Assembly: GCA_040182905.1 (NCBI GenBank)
Contig: JARQWU010000094.1
Span: forward strand, 1-34,426
Length of the DNA stretch: 34,426 nucleotides
DNA from: Barthelona sp. PAP020
Taxonomy: Eukaryota
Direction of reading: 5' to 3'
The notes beneath the pieces are model-generated. The model was not told the DNA's origin, did not search any database, and saw nothing but the letters and a program-made list of their open reading frames with translations. Position 1 is the first letter of the stretch; each line of letters starts with the position of its first letter. Below are positions 1-9,313 of the stretch, piece after piece. Both the position numbers and the translations under genes were made by a program.

Positions 1-348
1 TCCACCATTCAATCTACACAAGATGGAGAAATCTGGAAGGCTATATACAATGATAGACTTATCATAGGAACATGTTGCCAACTTCTGCCCATTTGGTGAA
101 ATGGCAACACCATAAACATTGTGTGAATGCTCTTTCAATGTACGATTCAATATTCCAGTTGCTACATCAATAACATGAACATCTGTATAATCACAAACAA
201 CCAATTGTTTACCATTTGGCAAGTATTTACTGTCAAACAAATGATTAGAAATCACATTTGCAATTTCACCTACACTATTTTCATCAATCTTTAGAGGAAA
301 TAAACCACATATAAATTCTCCTATTTCACCACTTAATTCAACAGACAT
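1..348 (-). CDS. WD40-repeat protein, N-terminal part, running off the window start; resembles the IFT122 N-terminus
   Basis: Not in the ORF track. Manual translation from ATG at 348 is open to position 1: MSVELSGEIGEF...DSKYLPNGKQLVVCDYTDVHVIDVATGILNRTLKEHSHNVYGVAISPNGQKLATCSYDKSIIVYS. This is a clear WD40 repeat (LKEH...VYGVAISPNG..LATCSYDKSI). Confidence 0.8.
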   Translation of the reverse strand, partial: MSVELSGEIGEFICGLFPLKIDENSVGEIANVISNHLFDSKYLPNGKQLVVCDYTDVHVIDVATGILNRTLKEHSHNVYGVAISPNGQKLATCSYDKSIIVYSLPDFSILCRLNGG

Positions 349-650
349 ATAAACTAACAAAAAAAGACATAAATGGAAAATAGAAATTAGCGATTAACCA
401 GAAATTTTCAAAATTTCTCCAAAATTCAAATTGCAAATATTCACCTCATGTCAAGGAATGATGTTGACAACTATTCATTGTATGCAGTTGTTTTGTTTTT
501 AGATACAATTGAACACCGCTTTCTTTAATGTTTAATAAACTATGAGCTATACAACCTATTCGGGTGATTATTGTGTTGAAATAAGGTTACTTTCTCTTAT
601 TTATTGGGTGAAATTGGTGTTGGAAATCTTTCCACTGAAATTATCATGTT

Positions 651-1050
651 TTATTTTTCCTTGTCCGAATTGTTTCCAAAACTTTCCACAATTGAGAACT
701 GGTGCCTCAGGTACTAACAAATAATAAACCTTTATCTTTATTCTTTTCGGGGGGTCCAGCGTTCCTGAAGGGAACCTCTCTTTTTTGAGACCTACTCTTT
801 CATAGGCTGTCATAGGAGAACTAAGCCATATGCGGGGTGTGAAATATTGCATTACTAATTGCTCAAAAGAGTTTAGAGCTCCGATATTTTTGAAATTTAT
901 CCTAATTGTGCAAATTTTCATACATTCACCGTGGCAGGTCAAAAATTTGGGGGTGGGTTAAGGAAAAGTTCCGTACCTCGAGGGAAAAAGGAAGAACCGG
1001 AAAATTTTGATTCGCCAAAAATAATAAGCTTGTGAACAACCCTCATTTTT
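651..1050. repeat. Unit 1 of a diverged ~410-bp tandem duplication, non-coding, possibly structured RNA
   Basis: Shares collinear blocks with 1051-1465: aactttcc, aaataataaacctt, tttattcttttcgggg, ggggtccagc, ggaacctctc, tttcataggct, ctccgat..tgaaatt, aaaaaggaagaac, gcttgtgaacaac. Boundaries are approximate. Confidence 0.85.
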
Positions 1051-1465
1051 TTATTTTTCTTCTTGTACGAACCTTTTCCAGAACTTTCCCAAATTAGAGA
1101 CTGGGAAAACTCAGTTGATTAATAAATAATAAACCTTAATATTTATTCTTTTCGGGGTGGGGGGTCCAGCCTTCCTTTCAGGAACCTCTCAGTCTTAACT
1201 CTTTTATTTCATAGGCTATCCAGCGGAGAGAACTGTCCTATGGTGTATGTAAAATTCTTTGCAGTGCTAATTGTTCAAAAGGGCCCAAATACTCCGATCT
1301 TCTTGAAATTCATCCTAAATGCTCAAGGTTTCTTGCGGTTCACTAATAAAAGGCCAAAAATTTTGTAGAAGTTGATAGTAAAGTTACATATTCAAGGAAA
1401 AAAGGAAGAACAAAAAATTTGGATCATCAAAAACTAATTTGCTTGTGAACAACTCTCATTTCATT
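1051..1465. repeat. Unit 2 of the diverged ~410-bp tandem duplication
   Basis: Same blocks as unit 1 at an offset of about 400-413 nt (for example gcttgtgaacaac at 1028 and 1441). Confidence 0.85.
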
Positions 1466-1611
1466 TTTTTTATTTTTACAAATATTTTTTGTGTTTAAAA
1501 AAAAACCTCATCGATTGCTTTATAAATACAACTAATCAAAAGTTCTTATGTCAAACATTTCGAATATTATTTCGTTATAAAATGTGAAAAATGGGAAAAT
1601 CTATTTGTCAA

Positions 1612-2526
1612 TCAAACCGTTGAAGCCAAAGACAAATTTTCATCCAAACAAATTTCATGAAGTTTCAACTTACCTTCCAAAAAAGGACAAACAACTTCTT
1701 CAAACAAAGTATCAACTTTACTAACATTATTTCTGCCAGGACATGCTAGTTCTGAATGTGGAATATCACAAACACACCTAAATAACTTCTTTTTTTTTAA
1801 CAATTCATTTAATCCTAGTCTATCTCCTTCAAATAAAAGGTGTTCACTATCAGTAAAGTTCACTAAATGATCATCTTCATCCAAGTATCCAAAAAAAGCA
1901 CTTTGATAAGGTCTAACCTTATTATCAACAGTAGAAGCAACCAATAACAACCCTTCCAAACCCAACATATTTTGTTTATGTATTTCTTGCTCATGTACCG
2001 ATGCATGAATCTGATTCAAATGACTTAAAAATACGTTACCATCGTTATCCGGTCCTTTAGTCCAATAACTGCAGAAAGTCAAATGTTTTCTGAAAAAATT
2101 CATATGAGGAAATGGAGATACCAACTTTCCCATTAATTTGCCCACTTTTGCGGGAAGAAATGGAATGCTTGTCACACCAAAATGAGGACCAGCCAGTGAC
2201 ACAAAATATCTAACCTTTGGACTGTTATAATTTTGAATATAATATCTCGCTACTACAGCTCCTTGACTATGTGCAACGATATCAAAACCATCTTTCAATA
2301 AAGGATGATTTTGAATCAATTGAACAAAATTAGCAATATGTATTGAAAGATCATTAAACATGGATCTTATTTTTGAATCAAATGAAGCAGGAATAATTGG
2401 CTTTCCAGGAAATCTTTTTGACAATAAAGGTAAAATGGTTGTCCAATAATTAAAATCATCCATTAGTCCATGAACTAACACTAGTGGTGTTCTGTCACTC
2501 TCTGTATCGATTGAGGATAAGTTCAT
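1612..2526 (-). CDS. Palmitoyl-protein thioesterase (PPT1/PPT2 family alpha/beta hydrolase)
   Basis: PLVLVHGL, nucleophile elbow AHSQG, FVSLAGPHFGV, candidate acid in D-x-x-V-x-P-x-x-S-x-x-FG, DRLGL and a C-terminal His. The likely start is the ATG at 2526; the ORF extends upstream in AT-rich sequence. Confidence 0.85.
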   Translation of the reverse strand: MNLSSIDTESDRTPLVLVHGLMDDFNYWTTILPLLSKRFPGKPIIPASFDSKIRSMFNDLSIHIANFVQLIQNHPLLKDGFDIVAHSQGAVVARYYIQNYNSPKVRYFVSLAGPHFGVTSIPFLPAKVGKLMGKLVSPFPHMNFFRKHLTFCSYWTKGPDNDGNVFLSHLNQIHASVHEQEIHKQNMLGLEGLLLVASTVDNKVRPYQSAFFGYLDEDDHLVNFTDSEHLLFEGDRLGLNELLKKKKLFRCVCDIPHSELACPGRNNVSKVDTLFEEVVCPFLEGKLKLHEICLDENLSLASTV

Positions 2527-2754
2527 AAGATATAAATAATAATCAAAAAAATAAAGTTCCCAATAATTACGATGAAGCAACTTATTGTTCATTTTTATCA
2601 ATTAACATTCGTTTCACCAGTGATTTAATTGAAAAGAAATGAATGATTTTTAATGAAATCTTTGTCTTTTCGAAAAATTATTCACCACATGTTTGAACAG
2701 AACAAAGAAAAAAAAGTAAAAAAGGTTGATACATTTACAGAATAAATGACAAAA

Positions 2755-3894
2755 TTATTTGAATAGCAGTTCAATTTTCTCTTTCTGCTCTTCTGATACT
2801 TGATCTGGGAAATCAACAATAACTTCAACTAACAGATCACCGTGATTAGATGGCATATTTTTCAAAGGCATCCCTTCATTCTTGACACGAATAACTTGCA
2901 AAGGTTTTGTAACTGACTTTCTAGAAACAATGACATGGTGACCATCAAGATGAACAATTGTTTTTCTAAAGCCTACAAGAGCTTCTTTCAAAGAAACATG
3001 CATCGTAGTTCTCAAGTCATTATCATTGCGAACAAATTTATCATGTACCAATTCAACAACAGAAAGTTTCAATTTTCCAGCTGCCATTTTGGGTGAATAA
3101 TCAGTCATTTCATCAAAAACAATTTCATCTCCATTTTTCATTCCTCTCTCAAGAACAACCACCAAACGATCATAATGACTGTGTACCTTTTTCCCTTGAC
3201 AAACAGGACATTTTCTTTTTATCACATTACCTGTTCCATGACAATGACTGCATGGTTCTTGAACTTGTTGAACAAAACCCAATCCAATTTGTCTCATTTT
3301 TGTCGTATGACCCACACCATTGCATACAGGACATTTCGTAACATCATTCTTTGTTTTAGCACCAGTACCTCCACATTTTGAACAAGTACTTTCTCTTCGT
3401 ACGTTTAATTCAACAGCTTTACCAGAATATAATTCATCCAAAGTAACAGTCAATGGAATGGTAATATCAGCAGCCCTTTGAACTCCAGTACCATGTGCCC
3501 CTGAATGGTGTGCGCCACCAAAATTAAAATTAAATCCACCGCCAGTGAAATGAGAAAATATGTCAAAAGGATTTGTTGGTCTTTGTTGCCCTTGATTATG
3601 TGCATTTAAAGCTTCTTCACCTCCTTTGTCATAAATACCACGTTTTTCCTCGTCTGATAATACTTCATAAGCAGCCGCAATGTCCATAAACTTTTCTTCA
3701 GCTGCTTTGTCCCCAGGGTTTTTGTCTGGATGATATTTTAACGATAGTTCTCTGTATGCTCTTCGAATTTGTTTCTTAGAGGCAGAACGAGTGACTCCTA
3801 AAATGTTATAATAATCGCGACCACAAAACACAACATTTGACAATATTATTGTTGAAATTATAAATAGGTAAATGAATTTTTGTGATGATGTCAT
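2755..3894 (-). CDS. ER-luminal type I DnaJ/Hsp40 (Scj1/ERdj3-like)
   Basis: Hydrophobic signal peptide ([23 protein letters not shown]), J domain with HPD, G/F-rich linker, four CxxCxG zinc-finger motifs and a C-terminal DnaJ_C domain. ATG at 3894 chosen as the start. Confidence 0.92.
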   Translation of the reverse strand: MTSSQKFIYLFIISTIILSNVVFCGRDYYNILGVTRSASKKQIRRAYRELSLKYHPDKNPGDKAAEEKFMDIAAAYEVLSDEEKRGIYDKGGEEALNAHNQGQQRPTNPFDIFSHFTGGGFNFNFGGAHHSGAHGTGVQRAADITIPLTVTLDELYSGKAVELNVRRESTCSKCGGTGAKTKNDVTKCPVCNGVGHTTKMRQIGLGFVQQVQEPCSHCHGTGNVIKRKCPVCQGKKVHSHYDRLVVVLERGMKNGDEIVFDEMTDYSPKMAAGKLKLSVVELVHDKFVRNDNDLRTTMHVSLKEALVGFRKTIVHLDGHHVIVSRKSVTKPLQVIRVKNEGMPLKNMPSNHGDLLVEVIVDFPDQVSEEQKEKIELLFK

Positions 3895-3935
3895 TGAAAA
3901 ATCAAAAAAAAAAATTGAAACTTGTTTTTTCATAA

Positions 3936-4274
3936 ATGCAGATTTCAGATAATGTCACAAACACACAATTTTATCATATTCCAGTTGAAGTTCAATTTGG
4001 TGGCGATATTGACATGAAAAATCATTTAACAAACAATACAAGGGAATCAAAATCAAAAAATAATGGTTTCGTCACCACATTTAGAGGTTATCGTTTTCGA
4101 GGAAATGCGATTAAAGATTTGAATGTTTATTTGTGCGACAAAGACAACAAAGTCCTGAAAAGAAATAATTCTTTCTTAAGTTTTTTTTATGATCAAAAGA
4201 GTGAAAACCTTTTGAAGCAAGATAAAGAAGTGGTGTCATTAATGAATATGTTAACTGAAATTAATATGATGTAA
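3936..4274 (+). CDS. RNASEH2C: Ribonuclease H2 subunit C-like, 112 aa
   Basis: [11 protein letters not shown] and [10 protein letters not shown] match the RNase H2C pattern (HxxPxxIxxxG ... xxFRGRxLxG). Confidence 0.65.
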   Translation: MQISDNVTNTQFYHIPVEVQFGGDIDMKNHLTNNTRESKSKNNGFVTTFRGYRFRGNAIKDLNVYLCDKDNKVLKRNNSFLSFFYDQKSENLLKQDKEVVSLMNMLTEINMM

Positions 4275-4665
4275 AAAAAGAGGATGAAACATCTTCAATA
4301 ATTGAAAATTCATTAGTTAATTTATTTTTTTAGTATATATAACAGTTAGACAAAAAGAAAAGTTTTCATTTCCAAACAAAAAAATGGCTTCAGCGTTTTA
4401 TAAAAGTATTTATTTATCCTTTTTTTTTTTAAAAAAAAATTACTCTTTTTTAAAAGTTTAGTTTTTGCTGCTTGCAATAAAAAAAATAACGATTGTTGTT
4501 GGAAAAAAAGATATTTTTCCATTTACATTCAAATTGTCCAGACACAAAAAGACAAGACCAAATAAACGCCAAAAAAATAGTTGAAAAGATTTATTTTTGC
4601 AAAGAAGAAATGGAAAATTTGTTGCATATAATTTTATTGTTCACTTCAAATTAAGTTTAAAAAAA

Positions 4666-5664
4666 ATGAATGACCCACATCATGATAGATTTTTAAAAAT
4701 ATTGAATGCATCAAAAGGACTTAAATCAATTGTTAGAAAATCCGAAAACAAACAAATTGTTAATTACGAGACTGTTATTACCGAGTTTAGTTTTTCTAAT
4801 GAAAAAGATTTACTTATTTCAACTGTACACACAAAAAAAAAAGAAAATAGACAATATAAACTTGGAAAACCCCTTGAAATAATTAATTTCAACAAGGATA
4901 TTTTATCTTTATCATTTGTGGTAGAAAGTACAGCAAAAGCTACTGAAGATTTTCAAACAGATTTGCAAATGAGCAAAATTGAGAGCTCAGAAAGACCCCT
5001 CATTTCAGTGACTCCAAATTCTTTTGGAACAAATGAAGAACGTATGGCTTTATCAAGTATCAGGGATGCAGGAAAACCCAAAAAACTGCAACAGTTTAAA
5101 GATTCTGATACTACTAATTATACAGAAGATTCATATTCCAATGTTCTTTTAGTTAAAAGGGAAGCAGAAAGGAAACATTCTTTTGTTGGCTCTTTGCCTG
5201 ATCAAAAAGAAAAATCGCGCTTTTCCGCTTTTCCACAACCTTACAGTGAACTTTTGAAGAGGATAGACTCTAGACCAAGATCTAACAGTCAATTAGCACC
5301 AAATACGTCTAAATATTTTGTGGATGCCAGAAAAAAAGAAAAGAAAATCTTGCGTTGCATGGATACAATGCTTAGCCGCAATGTTAACAATATTGATTTC
5401 AAAGAACACTTTAAAAAATACAAGGAAATTCCACAGAACAGCAATGTTGACAAAGAATCAAAGGAAGAGCTATCAAAGAGCCAGTTCTTTATTGAAGATA
5501 AACCTCATATGTTCAGCCCTTCCACAGTCGCTACTGCTCATGCCTTTGATTCAGACAATCAGACAGAAATTACTAAAAAAGGGGAGCCTTTGAAAAGAGA
5601 ATTGTCCGTTCGTGCTTATTATGTGCAAAATTTCAATTATGATCGTTATAAATTTTCTTCATAA
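4666..5664 (+). CDS. Hypothetical protein, K/S/E-rich, probably partly disordered
   Basis: 332-aa ORF from the first plausible ATG (aaaaATG) in AT-rich DNA; no recognised motif. Confidence 0.7.
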   Translation: MNDPHHDRFLKILNASKGLKSIVRKSENKQIVNYETVITEFSFSNEKDLLISTVHTKKKENRQYKLGKPLEIINFNKDILSLSFVVESTAKATEDFQTDLQMSKIESSERPLISVTPNSFGTNEERMALSSIRDAGKPKKLQQFKDSDTTNYTEDSYSNVLLVKREAERKHSFVGSLPDQKEKSRFSAFPQPYSELLKRIDSRPRSNSQLAPNTSKYFVDARKKEKKILRCMDTMLSRNVNNIDFKEHFKKYKEIPQNSNVDKESKEELSKSQFFIEDKPHMFSPSTVATAHAFDSDNQTEITKKGEPLKRELSVRAYYVQNFNYDRYKFSS

Positions 5665-6120
5665 ATGATATTTAATTCAATAAACTTTATTTTTAACATC
5701 ATGTGTTTATTTTATTGAAGGAGACAATAGAATGCTAAAGATGTGCTGCTGAAAAATCAAATGAAACTTTGAAGTCAATTTACATTATAAAGTTTTGTAG
5801 AGATATGTTTGATTGTATGAATAACAGATGATATTGGTAAGCTGTCAATAAAGAATCTTCTAGTTTTTCTTTCAATTTTGTATGGCAATGAGGGTTCTTA
5901 GGAATTAAAGGCCAAAACTACAAACCTTCACTTTACAATTATCAGAATAGTTAGCAAAGAGTTTTTTTGGTTTTCTTTCCTCTGTAAATAGATATAATCA
6001 TCACAAAAGAATCGAATAACTTTGTATCAACAATTGTTTTTGGATTTGGCCTCAATATTCAAAAACGCCTAATCAACATTTTTTTTTTATTGTTTAAAAC
6101 TTTCGTTTATTATATTGTTT

Positions 6121-7149
6121 ATGCAATCAATCGATAGATTAATAGAAAGAATCCATTCAAATTTATTGCAATTTAAATTTGATTTTGAATGGGATGAAAA
6201 AAAATTGAAGAAAGGTGATATTAACATAATTATATCAATATTTAAAAGATGTTTAACATTTTCCAAATATATAAGATACACATTAACCAATCAAAATGTT
6301 AGATTTGATTTTAGTTCTGCAGGATCTTTTTTGGAGTCATTTTTTGATTTACTTGATAAAGAATTTAGTCTTATGCCACCATTAAGCATCAATGAATTAA
6401 AAAATGTTACCAAAGATTCAACAATAATAACTGAAAAATTAGAATTTGTTTTATCGGTCATAAGAATATTCAAACGAAGACACAATGAATTGTACAGATC
6501 ATCCAATATTTCACCTGTAAAAAAGTTTGATGAAACTCAAAATTTGACTGGCACAAAACAAGAATTTCTCAATAGTATTTCAAAAAAGCGAGAAAAAGGA
6601 AGAAAACAAGAGAATAAATTGGTTTTTGATCCAAAAGGTGACAGTTCAGAAGATGATTCTGTCGATTTAAAAGAGACTGTAAACGATGAAAAATTAAATG
6701 AGTTTCCTGACGAGTTGATATCTACCAGGGCATTTGATGAAGCGGTTTCAAAATTGACAGATAAATATGAAAATAGATTGGCAATATTACAAAGAGATTA
6801 TACCACTTTTTATGAAGAAATGAATAAGAGAATTGAAAGTCTTGCATCTGATGTATCAATAAACTCAAATGAAATCAAATCAATCACTGAACGCCTAAGT
6901 GTTATAGAACCCTCATTATTGATATTAAGAAAGGAACAAAACATTTTAAACAAGAGTATTCAATTGAATAACACCGTTAATGATTCAAGTGATATGTCTA
7001 TTGGAGAATTAAACTTGGATAAAAATTCACCTATGAAGCCTTTAACTGATGCTGTTGAGAAATTGCAGAAACAGAACAGGAGCTTAAAAAAACAAATTGA
7101 TACTTTGAGAACATCCACTGTTGAATCAACACCATATCCATATAAATAG
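6121..7149 (+). CDS. CEP44: Centrosomal protein CEP44-like, N-terminal CEP44 domain plus coiled coil
   Basis: The N-terminus (D..KL.KGD....SI....L.FS.YI...L...NV......FL.....LL..EF...P.LS...K......I.....KRRHNEL) follows the CEP44 domain pattern as I recall it, with a C-terminal coiled coil. Confidence 0.7.
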   Translation: MQSIDRLIERIHSNLLQFKFDFEWDEKKLKKGDINIIISIFKRCLTFSKYIRYTLTNQNVRFDFSSAGSFLESFFDLLDKEFSLMPPLSINELKNVTKDSTIITEKLEFVLSVIRIFKRRHNELYRSSNISPVKKFDETQNLTGTKQEFLNSISKKREKGRKQENKLVFDPKGDSSEDDSVDLKETVNDEKLNEFPDELISTRAFDEAVSKLTDKYENRLAILQRDYTTFYEEMNKRIESLASDVSINSNEIKSITERLSVIEPSLLILRKEQNILNKSIQLNNTVNDSSDMSIGELNLDKNSPMKPLTDAVEKLQKQNRSLKKQIDTLRTSTVESTPYPYK

Positions 7150-7382
7150 TTTGAGTGGTGTTTTTTTGTAAATCTGTTATATTTTTATTGGTCATTAATT
7201 CACTTTTTTTTTCAGTTCAATCTGGTTTATTGAAATATGAAAACATAAATTGATACTAAAAGAAGAGTTGATTCTTTTGAAAAAACAAAAAAAAGAAGAA
7301 AAAGAAAAAAAAAATTTCATTTACACTTTGAACTTCAACACTATATTTTTCTTGCAATATGTATAACAAAATACTCAACTTA

Positions 7383-8021
7383 TTAAAAACTGTATTTCAT
7401 TTTCAAAACCATTGCAGCGGCTTTTGCAGATCTAAAACTCGGACTACGCATAACCATCATAAAACGAATGAAAGCAACAATAATAATCACGATGTTTATT
7501 CCCCAAAAACATGATTCTATGAAACATATAACTCGAAAAACCATTTCAAATTCAGTTCCTATCATTCGATCTAAACTAAAAAAACCATGAAAATTCTGAA
7601 AATTCACAAAAGCATAGATGACATAAAAAATAAAAGAAATAATTGAGGAAATAAAATAAATAAATTGTGCAGTCCATTCATACAATCTTGCAAATCGAAA
7701 ACTAGAATAATAATATATCAAAGAAAAAAAAGCTACCAATAATAATGAAAAAAATGATAAAAGAATTCCTGCCCAACCATTAGTAACACCAATAATAGCA
7801 AAAATTATGTGTGACACAACTAAACATTAGAATACTTTTTCAAAATGATCAATAAAATTACAATTATACAGTAAACAAAATTCACATAATAAATGACTAA
7901 TTCTATGTAATTGAATAACATTTTTTTCCGACCCTTCAAGAGAATTCACATTGATATGAAATAACTTCAATAATGGTGGATAATTAAAATCATACCATTC
8001 CTCATCAGGAGACGCAGACAT
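7383..8021 (-). CDS. SCAMP-like four-TM membrane protein, 2 exons (8021-7862, 7819-7383), 198 aa
   Basis: Two track ORFs join in frame on removing a 42-nt GT..AG intron that contains a stop. NYPP motif followed by four hydrophobic segments. Confidence 0.6.
7820..7861 (-). other. Spliceosomal intron, 42 nt
   Basis: GTAATT...TCTAATGTTTAG; removal gives ...LLYNF-VSHIIF. Confidence 0.8.
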
Positions 8022-8227
8022 GTGTAAAAAAAAGTTTTAAAAAAACTTCCACTTTTCTTTTTCAACTATTTCGCATCATAATCAAAAAAAATTGCCAACA
8101 GAACTAAGTCTTTTAATCAAAGAAACATATTTACAAAAAAAAAATGAAAATAATAAACAACAAAACAAAAAAAAAACCCTGAAAAATTCTGTTTATTGAT
8201 GGATATCAAAAAGAAGTCAGATATTCA

Positions 8228-9081
8228 TTAGTTTTTATCCTTAAGACGATATTCACGGTCTTCTTCAATAGTAGCTTTAACACCACGATCCTTAGGAAGA
8301 GAAACTAAAGAAGAAGAACCATCACCAAGAATGAAAACATTGTTAGAACGAGTGGCAAATTCAACTCCATTGGCATCCTTCAAGTGGATAATTTCATGAG
8401 AACCGATGTGACGTTCACGACGAACAATTTGTCCAACACGACCAGTGTTAGCACCTCCAGTAATCATGGCAATATTTCCAACCTTGAAATGAGCAAACTT
8501 GACGATTTCACCAGTCTTGAGATCAAACTTGATAGTATCACCCTTCTTAATATCAGGATGAGGATAACGAATAGTACGACCATCATGAGTGACAATGAAA
8601 GGAATTCCCTTGGCTCCAATTTCGTATCTGACAACACGGCAAAGTTTGAAAGAGGCTTCTTCTTCTTGAATAGGAAGGATTTTGAAGCGACCCTTAACGT
8701 CATAAAGAAGACGATAGTTTTCACCAGTCTTGGGAATAGTGATAACATCCATGAAACCAGTAGGGAAACCAGGATCAGTACGAACCTTGTGATCAACTTG
8801 AATCAAACGATTCATAAGAATAGTAATAACTTCACGACGTGTGGTGGCATATTGAAGTTTCTCTCTCAATAAAATAATAAGAGGGAGACATTCACGAAGT
8901 TTGTGAGGTCCAGATGAAGGTCTGGGTGCCCAAACTCCTCCGAGCTTATCGAGCATCCAATGTTTAGGGGCGTTGAGTCTTCTGAGATGGTGACGAGGTC
9001 CACGAACCTAAATGTCAGTTAAAGTTTAATCATATGAATATATAAATATAGATAATTGTTATTTCAAACTAAGCATACCAT
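8228..9081 (-). CDS. RPS4: 40S ribosomal protein S4 (eS4), 2 exons (ATG 9081-9079; 9007-8228), 260 aa
   Basis: [44 protein letters not shown] is the canonical eS4 N-terminus. Confidence 0.98.
9008..9078 (-). other. Spliceosomal intron, 71 nt, directly after the start codon
   Basis: ATG|GTATGC...ACTGACATTTAG|GTT CGT GGA; restores the conserved N-terminus. Confidence 0.93.
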
Positions 9082-9313
9082 TTAATTAATGTATCAGGGT
9101 ATAAAAACTGAAGGGGGAAGAAAAACGAAAATTTCAATTTTTCCAAATTTTTATTTTTTTTTTCTTACATCTCCTCATTTCATCAGATAAACATTTTGTA
9201 CAATGCTAATTAAATGATTAAACAAGAAAATAAAATACTATGAAATTTACCATGTCAAAAAAAAACAGATTTTCTTTTTTTTCAACCAAAGACTAATTAT
9301 TCAAAAACAAATT

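Noticed and set aside
601..942. 113-aa minus-strand ORF and overlapping 60-aa plus-strand ORF in the repeat
   Set aside because: No recognisable motif, and the frame is not kept in the second copy (indels and stops).
651..1465. CRISPR array or RNase P/MRP RNA
   Set aside because: Only two long diverged units with no short repeat-spacer periodicity, in a eukaryotic context. P4-like words on the minus strand (GGAAAGTT..GG, AATTCGGAC) are adjacent instead of at opposite ends of a unit.
8384..8872. 162-aa antisense ORF and other nested or shadow ORFs over RPS4, PFO, PA2G4, RPN2 and RPS14 (e.g. 27954-28181)
   Set aside because: These are expected by-products of codon bias in real genes and have no independent coding signal.
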